DNA of 63,147 bases, filler included, from Choristocarpus tenellus KU-1152 (lineage: Eukaryota > Protista > Phaeophyceae), in assembly GCA_964200185.2 (NCBI GenBank). It is 10 parts of 10 records of this genome, joined end to end, with 100 filler letters (N's around TTAATTAATTAA, not from the genome) between each part and the next. Parts side by side here need not be neighbours in the genome. Positions count along the whole stretch, not along the records: positions 39,687 to 55,141 come from CAXNAD020000997.1; 9 more parts are not named here. One strand, written 5' to 3'. Both the position numbers and the translations under genes were made by a program. Below, piece by piece: positions 39,915 to 53,314 of the stretch; position 1 is the first letter of the stretch; every line of letters starts with the position of its first letter. The notes below the pieces were generated by a model. It did not search any database. It saw nothing but the letters and a program-made list of their open reading frames with translations, and was not told the origin of the DNA.

Positions 39915-42900
39915 TTCACCAGGCTGTACCAGGCAGACAGCATTCCCCACTGTCCCCAGAGCCAAAGTGGTGCCAGATCGATCCCAACATACACTTCTTG
40001 GGTGTCCCACCCCAGCACCCCTAGATGATATATCCACTGACGACAGTCGTTCCAATGGAGCTGGGCCTTTGGTAGTGACCCTCCACAGTCGAAGCGTACC
40101 CTCTCCACCACATGTAGCCAACTGTCCTAAGAATGCGCTGCCACCCCCTGTTCCTGTCTCCCTTTCTATCTCCCCTCCTTTACCTCCCCTGCTCCTCTCC
40201 CTTCCCATGGGTACAGGTAGGAAGCACATATCTGTTACTGGTCCTTCATGGGCCCTTGGCACAACGGCCAGTAACCTCCCATATGGAATCCATCCAATAC
40301 CTGATTCCTCCTCCGGTGTCTCCCAGAAATATATCTGGTAGACAATTTGGTGCCAAGGATCGTATCAAGGCAAACACTAGGTGGAGAAATGCTAGATGAA
40401 CGGGGAATGTGGCCTAGGGAGAGGCAACTGGACACTCCACAGCTCAAGAAGGAGAGGGTTATCGCTTTCCTTGAGGTGAGTTTGGAGCACAGGGGACTTC
40501 AATCTTGACAACAGAGAGGAAGCTATGTGCAGGCTCCTTGCATCCACTGAAGCATTGGCTGGTATCAATGTAAAAGTAATGGGGTACGGTTTCCTTCCAC
40601 ATGTTTGCAGGAAAGATGCAAGGATTGACACAGAGAGTACACCTACCAATTCATAACCAAGCAAAAATGACAGACCTGCCCATTTTGTCCACCAGTCACT
40701 GTCCGGGAGAGTGGAAGCAGATCCTGCCCCCCAGTGACTGCCCTAACCCCATGCAATCCACTGATGAACGTCATGCAGACCATGTCCTCGACCACAGCCC
40801 TGCGACCAAAGCTCCCAGGTTTCCCCTCGAGCACCCATGCCCAGCACTCGTTCTTTCTATTGGCACTACCCCCACCCCCCTCTCCTGCACTATCTTCCAA
40901 CCCACCCATCTCAGGCAGTGTTTGGGTACATGTTAGCGTCCAGAATTTCACGTGCTTACAACCACAGCTAACCATCGTGTAGCATGCCTCCCCTGGTCCC
41001 AAACCAACCTTAGTAGCCCTTTGCCCGGTGAGATGCAGGTAAGGGTTAAATCGGATTAAGTATGAACCCTGGTGAACAGATTGTGCCTTATGCACTGCAA
41101 GTCGCGAGCCCCTACGCCAATCCCAAACACTGAGGGCATGATCATCACCTGCTGCCATAGCCAAAAGGAGCTTGCCATCGGAGGAGAAGTCCAATGCAGC
41201 GACCTTAGCTTCCAGGGAAGCAGGGTTTAAGAAATATGAAGGAGAATGGGTTGAGAGTGGGGAAGTGGACTACTTGCCAGGGGAGTGAGTGGTTGAGGAG
41301 TCATAGAGCATTTTGATGGCCATTTGAAGAGTGAAACATTACTTTAGATGCTGGCAAGTGGGCATTGGAATGAGTCTTGCGCGGAGGACAAGATACAAAA
41401 GCAAGATAGCACAAAATAGAATAGCCTGGATTACATATTGACTCCTTAAGATTCCTCTGCCAACGCCTCTGCCATGCGAAACTAACTGCCTCTTCGACCT
41501 CAGCATTGTGAAGATCAACATGAACCAGGGGAGTAAATGGATACTATATTACAGGTCTTCACCATTCCAGTCCTACATATTCAAGCTACTCCCCTAAGCA
41601 CCCTTAGATGCCTTTGTGCGTATTTTTTTGTGCTGAACCACACCAGAAACTACCTGTTGATCCTACATATTCTGGAGGTGGCAATTTGCTGTTGCTCCTA
41701 GGCCCCAATCTTAGTGGCCTTTTGTGACATCCTAACCTGCACTCTGAAAGGATGGGACACGAGTTCTATTCCTCTTCGAGGCACAGTCCATTAGCAAGGT
41801 CCTGACATCATGACAACTAGCAGGCTTGGATGTGGATGTGACAAGTCCACAGAGGGAAGCACTCACCCCTTTACTCTCCTTTGATCCCACCAATAGTTCG
41901 CAGATGAATTCAGGCTCTACTATTGAGGACTTGGATGCAGCTTGTTCTTCAGAGTCATGTGCACCAGGGAGAGATAGCGAGGCGTCAAACACACACACCA
42001 CTGCTTCCCCCCCAGCCTGCCCACTAGCCACAATATCCTTGTGTGCGTAGACTGCAATAGCCATCACATCCTGGGGAAGACAATACAGGAAAAAGGTAAG
42101 TGTACCGTCTATGTAAATATGTGCGTATATGTATACTTATGAGGGTCTTTTGTTCAAATGCATTCCTGTCCATGTTTGTGTTTGTGTTTTTGTCCAATTT
42201 GCATGCTTCACAATATAAATTATTCTGTACTCCCCTATCCAATCCACTTCCCCCTGCACCTTCTTCCTCACCATTGCAAGGTAGCCCCCTCCTCTCCTAC
42301 TACTTCTAGTGGTTATTCCCTGTCCCTGCTGAAGACGAGGACGGATAAACTGAAGCAAGCCGTACCACCTCAGCACCCCTCCAACCGGGAAATGATAGTT
42401 CAGAACGCAATTTTAATCATACCTTGAATTACTCTGAAGTGTATTTGTTTGAAGTACCTCAATGAGTAAGGCAAGCAAGAAAGCTCAACATAAACTCTTG
42501 ACAAAAGACAATGCTCACCTCATCATGCCCCATGAAGAAGCGTTGTCGATTACGCTCAAAGTCATGGAGTATGACCACTGCAGAGGCAGGAAAGACCAGC
42601 TCCCCCGTGCGAAGCCACATCACATTGGTGCTCCATGAGGGTCTGTCTTGTCGACCAGTTTCCCCGCTGTATCCATGGATATATTCCAGCATAAGCTCTG
42701 AGTCAGGGGGAGATACGTCTGGTGATTTGTTAGGAACAAACCAACTTGGATTGTACACAGCAGAACGGCATCCGGGATATCGAACAACTGCCCTTGCCTC
42801 TGCTTCCTTTAACTCCCTTTTCGCATGCCTCAACTCCTTCCAGTTTTCCGGGTTAGTGAGCTTATGCCGTGGAATGTCCTTTCCAGTACCCCTCCTGGAA

Positions 42901-44908
42901 CCCATCCCGCCTCTTGAGCCTTCTTTGTCCTGAATCCCTGACTCCATACCTTCTATGGATGCCAGGGGTGAAGCAGCTCTAGAAGTACACTTCTTCTGCA
43001 TGCCAAAGAGATGGGTGGAGCTCTGACCGGCGAGCAAGTCAACCTGCTGTGGGTTGGTGATTGTCCCTTCCAAAATGTTGTTATTGATTGCATCTTTGAG
43101 TTGATTGTGCTGGACAACAGATCCACAAGAATATCCGAAAGATGTGGGGGAGCTCTCAAGCTCGCCACCCAGACCCCATAGGGGGTTGGTAGAGTTCTTG
43201 ACTGTCCTTCCCTTTCTTGCAACTGCATTGGATCCACAGGAGGGTCGAGTGCCTTGGCATACCTGTTTCTTGGAAGGATTCGGATTCACTGGTTGAGGGA
43301 CCCGTTTCAGTTGCTCCTGCAACTCAATGGTCAGCAAGGAATCGGCTTCCTTCACATAATTGAGAATCCCATCTTGATAGCCATACTCCTCCTATTGCGG
43401 TTCAAATTATGGGGGTATATATCCAGGTCATTGCTTGGATCATCAGATGCACAATAAGCAGTAGTAGGGATTATCAACGGATGTATTGAGGGCTGTGCTC
43501 CTTAGGGGAGAGTGGCTCACCATTAGGCGCTCGTTGATGAGAGTTGCAATAAGCTGCGCGTTTTTACGAATCATCTCCATGACTATTGCTGGTGCAGGTA
43601 GTCCAGACTCTTCTTTGTTTCCAAAGACCTTTCCCCTTCCTGATAATCTGGCTACAGGACCGAGGGGCTGCGACTGTACCAGCGGATTTCTCTTGTGTTG
43701 AGCGCGGGACATCCTCCCACGTTCCAGAGCTTGAATCCTTGTTGCAGCTCGCTCTTCTCCGCTGCCTGTGCGCAAGCTTCTCTGCTGCTCGACACCAATG
43801 AGAGATGCAATGAGCTGCGCGTTTTTACGAACCATCTCAGTCACTATTGCTGGTGCAGGTAGGCCAATTCCTTCTTTTTCAAATAACTTTGTACCTCCTT
43901 GTTCTTTGGCTGCAGACCCAAGAGATCGTAACCGCGCCAGGCGCTTACCGTTGTACCGAACGTGGCACATTTTCCCACGTGCCATGGCTTGAATAATTGT
44001 TGCAGCTCGTTCTTCTCTGCCGTCTGTCCCCAAGGTTCTCTTGGTTTCAACACCTTGCTCTGTCGTTTTGTGACAAGAATCATCGTGCCCACACTCAGCT
44101 ACTTGAATGCTCATCGCAGCAGCTTCTTCTCTCAATATATTTTTAGGTTCTACATGTACCATTGACATTTGATCTTGATCTCCTCCCTTGTCCTGGTAAA
44201 GGTTGTGTAGCCCAAAGCATAAGCAATCAGGGATGGCGTGGACTCCCGCCCAATAGAAGTGTCTTACTTACTGGACCCCATTCAAAGACACCGGCATGCG
44301 CACTTTCAACCCTTGGTTCGCGATCGTTCAATAGCAGAAAATTTTCAAAGTAAGGAACAAAGTAAACCTCGTACCCCCTATCTCACCTTTTGCCTATCCT
44401 TCCTTGTGTTCACGAGTCCATCATCTTCCTCTGCCACCTGCTCGATCTTGGAGCCATCATTTTCACCCACTTCCACACTTACGCTATTTCCCACCTTCGA
44501 GCATTCTACCTCCGTTGGTATACTCCAGGAGCTACGGCCGTCAGTCGTATAGAAGTACTGGGCACCAGTCGATTGATCTCTTGCCGAAAACCATCCTTGA
44601 GGGAGCTCTGGTTGTTCACTTCCACTCAGCACCGGTCTACTTTCCACAACTTTTGCAAAATGTCGATCGGCTGTTTGACCGGCGTTCGTTTGACCGGCGT
44701 TCGTTTGACGTGGGCTCTTAACTTTTGTAACATAGTTGGAGGGCAGAAGCCCTCGTAGGCCTCGTTTATCAGTTCCAGTGAACCACCCTTCTTCTTTGGC
44801 CGAGGGAATGACGTCTAGTCGTTCCCCCTTGCGCAGATTTAGTTCATCTTCTGCTTCTGCCTTGTAGTCATAGAGCACTCGAACCTCGAAGGCTCCCGGT
44901 TGAGCCAT
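39915..44908 (-). CDS. EML/EMAP-like HELP-WD40 protein with N-terminal SH3, WW and two IQ motifs, 3' truncated. Exons 44908-44387, 44192-43521, 43391-42519, 42070-41867, 41203-40676, 40334-about 39915
   Basis: SH3 (VLYDYKAEAEDELNLRKGE...GWFTG...GLLPSNYV). WW (LPQGWFSARD...YFY...SSWSIP). IQ (AATIIQAMARG, AATRIQALERG). HELP (PPDSELMLEYIHGYSG...TGELVFPASAVVIL...QRFFMGHDE|DVMAIAV...VASGQ). WD repeats (LDFSSDGKLL...LSVWDWRRG, AHEGPVTDM). Phase-0 GT-AG junctions, all within one contig. Confidence 0.9.
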
Positions 44909-46204
44909 CACAAGGGACGCAGCGAGTTAATCTGAATCGTATCCATCATGTTAGTCGGAGAGATCAGCGTCAAAGTGGGAGTATTTGTAGACGATCCACG
45001 TAAATCAGTGCTCATGGTACTCTCTTGGTGATTGTCATAACAGATGTATGTATGTAGGTTCCAACATAGGACTCTACATTCAAACAAACAGTAGACTACT
45101 GTAGTCAAGTCTATATTATATTATACGAGGGTGGACCTGCAGGGACCATATCGATGTAAATATCGACTCCCACTTCCCTTATCTATTGTTGGGGTAGTCT
45201 GAGTAACGTCAGAAACGGCCAAAACGTGATGGAAAAAGGTGTATGTGTCTACTCAACACAATTATACTATTGAACATATATATTATTACTACTCACATTA
45301 CTCCAAACCATCCCAAACCTGTAGTGGAAAAGGTACCCTTAAAAAGTACTAGTTCTAAATACTAGTAGAGAAAAGGCAGCAACGACCATATAGCAAAAAA
45401 AAAGAACGAAAAAAACAACAACAGAAAGAGAAAGAGAACTCACACAAGAGCAACACCATCACATTAAGCCTAACAGGAAGATAAGATAAAATGAGCAGGA
45501 TGAACAAAGGATGCAAGAGAATAAGTCTAAAAACAAAACATTCAGCATCAAGTGTTGTTGTTGTTGTTGGTGATGACTTGGGCGACCTTAACCGTTGCTT
45601 TGGTACGTCGTACATTAGCTATTCCTTGGAATGCCATTTCACCACGAAACTCATCATACTGTCAGCCACATGCCCATACCCCTTCTAGAATCTGTAGGTC
45701 AGTTGTCCTCAAGTTCCAACCCTCAACTCTAATCCCAAACTTGGCAAGGTCGTCTTGGAGGCATGTCCACCAGTTCTTCTGTCCACCTTGTTTCCGTTTT
45801 CCAAGCCCAACCTCCCTCAAACATCATTTCCTTAGTAGGAAGGCATCCATTCCCCATGCGAGTGACCAAGCAAAAATGAGCCTCCACTTGTGCACTGTTA
45901 CCTCAATACTCTCACACCCATATCAAATATAATCTGATAGGCAAGCATAACTTAGTACCACATATTGACGTGTATGTCTGCAATACGACTCTATAGGCAA
46001 CATTTATAACGGGTGTATCATATTGTCACGATAGACGTTTCAAAAAGCATAGATTATGGTGTTTTAGAGTATCTAGTAAACGGCGTTCGAGACAGATTGT
46101 TACACCTACCCACCAAATTGTGTTCAGAATGACCATGATAATAAGGTTGAGGTTTTATAGTCAGCAAATTATAATGGCCCTGTCTGTCGGCAGACCAGTC
46201 CCAA

Positions 46205-46460
46205 AATCATCTGACATGTCCTGGTCCATGTCCACTACATATTGAACCGGTCCGGGTCCATTGTCTGGTCCGGATCTAAAACTCTCTAACATATCCGGAC
46301 CATGTCCACTGGGTATTGTACGGGTCCCTGTCTGCCAGCCAGGCTAGGTCTACAATCTAACATGTCCTGACGATGTCTACTGAGTGTTGTACCAGTTCGT
46401 GCCTGCCAGCCCCATACAGTCTAATGTTGTCTAACTTGTCCGGACCATGTCCTATGGTCA
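46205..46460. repeat. Degenerate tandem repeat, unit about 75 bp, 3-4 copies
   Basis: Recurring CTAACATGTCC...ACCATGTCCACT...TGCCAGCC. Confidence 0.6.
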
Positions 46461-46989
46461 GTATTTTTTTTTTCTGGCATGTTTGGACCATGCCCACCAC
46501 ATGTTATGTTATTATAGTCGAACGATCAAATTCGTTTGGTCACTCCATGAAAAAATGAAAAGTATGTGCAAAATGTGCAGGGTAAAGTTGTGTACATATG
46601 GATATGATATTAGTATTCCCTCTCTCAAAAAAAAAAAATCTTTGGACTTTCTTGGTTTGAAATAATGAAGAACACGTCCTTACGTATGCGGAATGAGAAG
46701 TAGTCAACTGACTGCTTTCTGGTATCTCCAGGAATTACAGAAGCTTACATTAAATGAGAGGCTTTGTATATGGGATTTGATACCTGCCCTTCCTCGATCG
46801 CTAATGTGTGTTGCAACTTCTTGGATCGTTTTGGATTGACTGTGTTTTTTATTACAAGAAATATTGTAGATACAACATATATCATCAATGTTAAGACACC
46901 TCCCTAAATATTTACTATTTGAAACTGACAATACAACAATGTGCCCTTAAAGGTCGTCCACTACAAAGTAATCTGTACACTGCTATGCT

Positions 46990-48800
46990 CCTAACCTAGC
47001 CTAGCTCTAGGAAGCTGGGCAAGGATCTAGGGAAGCATCCCAAAATCTGTCAGGCCCCTTCTTGCCCACCTGCACTGTGTCTCTGGCTTTAAATGCATGG
47101 TACGTCTCGAGAGAGCCACTTGTGTAGTAACGGATACTATTTTCCTCAAACGAAACTTCACAGGTCCTCCCCTGCAATACCCCTCAGTCCAAGATACTTC
47201 CTGGTTGCTTTCCAAGCCGCCGAAAACTTTTCATCATGATAGTGTTTAGATTTAAAGTATGGGAGATCGTTGATCCCTGTAGTGAGTGCACTTTTATGCC
47301 CTGGCTGAGGCAGCAGCTACATCATTGCTGGTGTATGGGTACGACAAGTGACAGGCTGCTTGGGTCTCCTTAAAATCAACACCCCAGCATAGAACACCAT
47401 GTCCATGCGGAAGTTCCTGTCCACTGTGATGGGCTGCTATCCTCCATAGTGCAAGGGATGCCTATTCCCCTGCAGAGTTGCCCTAGGTGTTTCGGCATTG
47501 GCATGTGCTGGGGTACTTATCCTCTCGCCCCAGGGCAAGTGCGGGCATGTCAGGTGTCAATGTCGTGCCTCCACCAGGGCAATGGGTCCCTGTTGGTTGG
47601 GGCCTCCTCGCTAGAGATTGCTGGCGGCGAGTCTAAATTCCAAATTGAAGAATTCAGCGCGCTGGCTCTAAGGGTTTGTGGAGGCCCATGTATTGGCTCC
47701 TTGCCCACACTGACTTCATTGGAAGACTAGAGCGAGCAAAGAATTTTCCCTCCTTTGTTCCTCCTCGCCATCTGGAAGATTGACCAAGAGGAGTCAAATC
47801 AGATCCTGTTCAGCAGGGAGGTTGATTTCATGCTGTGCCCTCCTTATGATCCTGGCATCATGATGTTCCATAGTATGAACCTCCGGGACGGGAACAGGGA
47901 TTGTTGTTCTTGCCCAGTCTACTCAAGCCTTGACAAGCAGTTCCCATCAAATCCTCTGGAGGGACTCCTGATGAGAGGAAGGCGTGGATCAACGGTCCTA
48001 GGGCCTGAACCGTGGGGCTTGCACAAATGGCCCGAGTAAAAACCATTCCATGTGGCCCTTGTTGCCTTGCTAGGAGGGTGGTGAGAGGGACTACGAGCGA
48101 TCCCACAAAAGATGCATACTAAAAGTGTGTTGTGGAGGAGAGGCCTATGCCCCCTGAACTTGTGGGTATCTGTGCTTGTACTTGTTGGTGTGATTCAAGA
48201 CTGAAAGACACATTTCAACTGCCCCCATCAAAGAATTCAGTTGTCCCAGTCGACTCTGCTACCACCATCATTATCTTCTCCAGAGTCCACATTGAGGTGT
48301 TGTCAGTGTGTTCCATGGTGGATCCTGCATGCTGAGGGAGGATAACCTTCACCACCTACCGATAGTTGAAGAGCCAAGTGACCTGTTTATCCTTCATCTC
48401 TCTGAAGTGCTTGGCCAGCGCTCTTGTGACCCTAACCTCTTGATCACCTTGGCCATGCAGGCTTGGATAAATTAATCTGTCCCTTCCATTGAGACAAAAA
48501 TATTTGGGTCTGGAGCTGGGTTGATTCCTACAGTACCTTGGAGTTCCAGTTCCGAGGGTGTGGGCTGGTGCCCTTGAGGTGGTATGGCATAATTTTAATC
48601 CATGTTTAGTACTATGCTCACCTCATACAGGTATGTTTTCTGGTGCTCAAAGGCAGCTATAGTAGTTGAGTTGATCTCGCTTTGTGGAAATAGATGTGTC
48701 GGCTAGGTAGCTTCTGGAGGAACCCCCTTGGGATCCAAAGGCGGATTTTACTTGCTCCAGAGTTTTGGCTGTAGTATTGCAGTATCGTAGAGGACCAAGG
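46990..48800 (-). mobile_element. Degenerate RLE-type (CRE/R2-like) non-LTR retrotransposon 3' region
   Basis: HARTC zinc-knuckle remnant, RMD motif, and LRKIVSVTTQVALSRR matching the 49280 ORF. Heavily disrupted; the upstream boundary is approximate. Confidence 0.6.
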
Positions 48801-49284
48801 AGATGTCTATTGTAACTCTGAGGGCAAAATTTTCACCCCTCTCATCTAGTGGGAAAATAATATCGTGTGAAGCCCTGTATATACCTTGGCTGTATATGGC
48901 GGGAGTCCTGGTAGTACTTTAGGGAGGGCCTCGATGAAAGTCAAACAACGCACGATATTGAATATGTTTTTGCCATCCACCCTAACGACCCATTCACTAC
49001 ACCCATTTCTTACCCGAATATTCCAGACACCAATCAATCCCTCGATACTATATATTTGGTACAATTTAAGTGTTTTTTTATTGAGGGGGGAGGAAGGAAT
49101 CCACACAATATAACCTGACACATCTGCAAAATGTCAGAGGGCATAATAATAAAATATATTTTATTAGTTTTCCTCCCAAGTATATCACATGCAAAACGTG
49201 AGAGGGTATAATAAATATTAATATTGCTAATAGAACGCCTATCTATGTACAATAGAATAGTAAAAACAATACGGATCTGGTGTT

Positions 49285-49900
49285 CCATGTAGGGGCACTG
49301 GCGGACGCCGGAATAGCCCCCTACAAGTACAAAGGCCTTCTGCTAGATGTCCCCTTCGCAGAGGTAGAGGCAACCTCCCAACTCACCCACTCATCCACCA
49401 GCAATGGTGTAGCTGCTGCTGCAGTCGAGACGCGAAAGCGCACCAACTACGAGGACTCTTTTGATCCTCGTAGTTATAATCTCAACACCTTCGCGGTGGA
49501 AAGTTTTGGGTGCCTCGGCAAGCAAGCGGAATGCTTCCTGGATGAACTGGCTACTCACATGGTAGGGGGGAGAGGAACTGGGGGATGTAGGAGGAAAGGA
49601 GTAGTTATATCATGTCTACGCCAAATTGTCTCGGTAACTACGCAAGTGGCACTGTCTGGACTTCTCATGCGTTTTAAGCTGGAATCACCAGGGAGATGGG
49701 CACGAAAGGGTTTATTGGATTCTTGGTATGCCTCCCTAGCTCCTCTAGGGGCACAGGTATAGGTAGTTTGGAGGCACAGGAAGACAGTAACTATTATTGA
49801 TGAACGTCTTCCATATTTACAAAAACTGTACTTGCTTAGGGGTTCTGACATTTAAATGGTTTTCTTTATTTTTGCCTCTAACATATCTGTAAAATGTCAA
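49285..49900 (+). mobile_element. 5'-truncated non-LTR retrotransposon, restriction-like endonuclease domain
   Basis: LLLDVPFA...AAAAVETRKRTNY...FAVESFGCLGKQAECFLDELA has the D...K..Y...F.VE.FG pattern of RLE domains. Four related copies lie in the window. Confidence 0.75.
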
Positions 49901-50971
49901 ACGGCGATATAATATAGATTTACCTGAGTTGTGGAAGTATTTTAGATGCATATATATACACACGTAAGACCAATACATAATTTAATGTTATCATTTGATT
50001 GGTATAGTAATATTTAGATTAGATATGCCAACTTCATACCTATTTTGTATTAACAGTCAAATTCCACATTCTAAACTTACTATATAATACAATAGGAATA
50101 TTTCTGACTTGGAACCCTCCATTTTTTGATGACCATGAAACAATATGTATCAATAATCTGTCTTCATATTTACCAAATTAAATCACAATACATACATCTG
50201 AAAAAATAATCGTATATATTTCTGTAAAATGAAAATAGTGTTGCCAATCTTAGTGATTCAATCATAATTCCAATAATTAACAACTAAATCGAAGTCGAAA
50301 ATTATGGTGATTTCCGATTGGATATTTTTGCTGTATAAAATGGTCAGTAAACACATTTAACTTAAAACCCACGAATTTTGTTATATATTCTCTTCGTATC
50401 AATAACTCCAAGTCTCATTGGTCTATCAAAGTGCATTTAGTTTTGAATAATTTATACTCATATGTTAATGATTGTTTTTTCCTTACTACAATATATTTAT
50501 ATGTTTTTTGTTTCTTGTTTCCTCCATATCAACACTTCAGATTTTGTAAACATTAAAAGTATGCATTCAAAAAAAAATATCCAGTCAATAGTTACCTTCG
50601 ATTTCGATTTATATTTCGATTCATATATGATAAATCGCGATGTTATCAAGTCAAGCGATTTAGTCGTACAAAAAATGTGAACAATGTTGTGGATACAAAT
50701 TTCAAGTTTGGACAATAAAATTAGAGAGATGCGTCAATAAAAAATATAATATATATCGTATTACGTACTTTGCAGCATATATTTTGTACGTAGTATTACG
50801 ATTCTACTATTCCTACTTCTGCTAATACTAACTACTACATAGCAAAGCAAGAACATGAATTTTATATCGCATCCCCTTGTTCCATTTTCCAGTTCTAGGT
50901 ATGGACTGTGGAATGACGGAATGAACGTGTTATTAAGGAGGGTTTGAAACACAGATAGTGAAAGAATATCG

Positions 50972-52949
50972 ATGAGCAGAACCTTTTTCGGTGCGTACTG
51001 CATACATAGGAGGGCCTATTCGACAGGGTCTCACGCTCGTAGAGTGCTGGTCATCCTAGTTGTCTGTGTGGTCATCTTCCTCCAAACTGGGATGTCCGAC
51101 GCTTCAAAATGGCCTATGATCGCCAAGGCTAGCAAGCTTTTCCCTCAAGTATCACGGGAGAGAAGGTGAGACTAGCTCAGGAAAATCTTATCCGCCTCCT
51201 TTCTGGCACTGGTGCATGGTATTGAGTCCAATCGCTACGTTTTACCCAGCTCGCATTGAACCCTTCACCCCTCTCTCCTCACCTCAACTCCAAAACGCCA
51301 ACTCTTGACTGGGTGACCTTTCCACTTGAAGAAGATGCATTCTTGATTCTGCTATTTGTAGTATCTGATGGTATGTCCTTCATTACTGGAAGCAATGTTG
51401 ACACCCACTCTCAACCGTGCTTCATCGTAACTGTCGGAACCATCTCGGGAAACTTCCAAATTCAGGTCATTTAGGCGCTCAATTCCAGTACAGTGTGATG
51501 CAGCGGAACAGGAGGTCGTTCCTGAGACGGATATTGGAAATGCTAAAACTCGGGTTTGGGTAGTGACGACAGCGAGGTATGTTCCTTGATACACGATTTT
51601 GATCTCTTGAGATAACACCCCCGAGTTGTTTATTTCCCGATACCGCTTGCCCCTCAGGTTGTGTAACCTCCTATATGCATGCTACGCCATTCTCCAGTCT
51701 ATCACCTATCAAGACCCTCGAGGGTTCTTAAAGTGTGATACCTTTTCCGAGTATATGCTTTTTCCAGTTTGAATACAGTCCAACAGACTGGCAAGCCCTA
51801 GGTCCTTGTTCAAATTGACTTGTTCTACACATTCGTTTTTCCTAAAGCTTCTTGCTGTGGAAAAAGTAATGGAAAACCTGTCACTGATTCCTAACACATA
51901 CACAGCTCTGCGGTTTGTGTCAGTCTTCTATTTTGTGGACCCCATCCTTTATGAAAAGCTCTTGGACTGAAAATGAAATCGTGGCAGGTTTTAGATGGTG
52001 CCTATTCTCCACCTGCTACGAGTAAAGCCAAATCCACCGGACATGATTGCAAGAGTTGTCATGCAGTACTTTATGCTGTTGTGGATGCTTAATGTGCACA
52101 CTAGAGCATGGATAGCGGCCGAGGGAGTGTGGTCATGAAGGGGTTCAAGGGTGCGATGTTAGTTGATTCGCTTGTAAAAAGTAAATTGCAACCAAGAACT
52201 TTGCTATATCTATTCCAACTGTCCACTCCAATTCACCTCATGCACCCTGTTACTTTTTTTCAAACACTGTCAGTTTGCCATGGATGACAGGAACTTCCAT
52301 CAATCCTCTCCTTCGAGCTGCCTTTCTCACCCGTGGTAGGGACTCAGGCATGGTCACCCTCATGGTTCCATTCCTGTCCCCTGAAGAGCAACCCAAGGTA
52401 ACCTTGGCTACACCCTAATCAAGTGTCTATCACGACGGTGATTACCTGTCTTCTTACAGGAAATCAAACTCTAGGCACAAATCGTCAAGATGAGATGATG
52501 AAACGTATTCAATCACTTTCTGTACATTTGGTTTACTGATTGAGTTGTGCTGTGGTCCTTTTTTTTTGTCATGTTTTGTTGCAAGTGTCAAGATATTTGT
52601 ATGGCATTTATATACCACTGAGAGCCTGTTTCCAACAGGAATTTTCTTTGCTAATGCTAAAGAGCTCGATCGAAGTGCTTGAAAAATCCTCATCCCCATC
52701 AAAGTCAAGATTGCAGTACTGGTCATATTGGGTCAGGTATTTTACAACATTTTTTGACAGATGGGTACTGCTGAATGTACCTGCTTCCAATGGTAACCTT
52801 CATGTTTTCCTGTGCTTGTTCATACCCACCTCCTTCCCCAGCTTTTCCCTCCAGGAGTGGTGTTTGAGACACCCGAGGAGCAGGAGGCGTCTGTGCGTGA
52901 ATGGCTGAAGGACGCGGGCCTGGAGAGGGAATCAGACCGCCTTAGGCTG
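50972..52949 (+). CDS. DGD1: Digalactosyldiacylglycerol synthase (GT4 galactosyltransferase), 5' part. Exons 50972-51165, 51466-51576, 52274-52397, 52842-52949
   Basis: The spliced product contains the DGD signature RVWVVTTA|[19 protein letters not shown]...VTLMVPFL...EQPK|[20 protein letters not shown], after a hydrophobic N-terminal segment. Phases are consistent. Later exons were not found. Confidence 0.9.
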
Positions 52950-53283
52950 GTATGTAGTCTCTTGGCAGACATTTTCCTCACGCAAATCAGTCTCAAACAT
53001 AACATTCGAGACACTTTGGACAAAATCGAATTCAACTTGTGGCATACAAATCAATTCCTGACAAAATCAATGCCCGTTCCTGTCACAAGTCTGAGTTGTG
53101 CACTTTGTTGGGGGCACATCCTCACAAAGGTCAAGGATTTGGGAGCTAACTCTTTCATCTTAGCCCGTTCATATTATTTCTGAGTATGGTGTGAGACGAA
53201 TCTTGCGACGGCGTGATGGTGTGTGCGTCAACAAATTAAAACGCTCTGATTGATTGGTACAAAATTGTGCTCACAAGCACGAA

Positions 53284-53314
<31 letters not shown>

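Noticed and set aside
13377-52949. Functional gene cluster of PH-ankyrin, polymerase, EML and DGD1
   Set aside because: The functions are unrelated and the genes are mostly on different contigs joined by artificial spacers.
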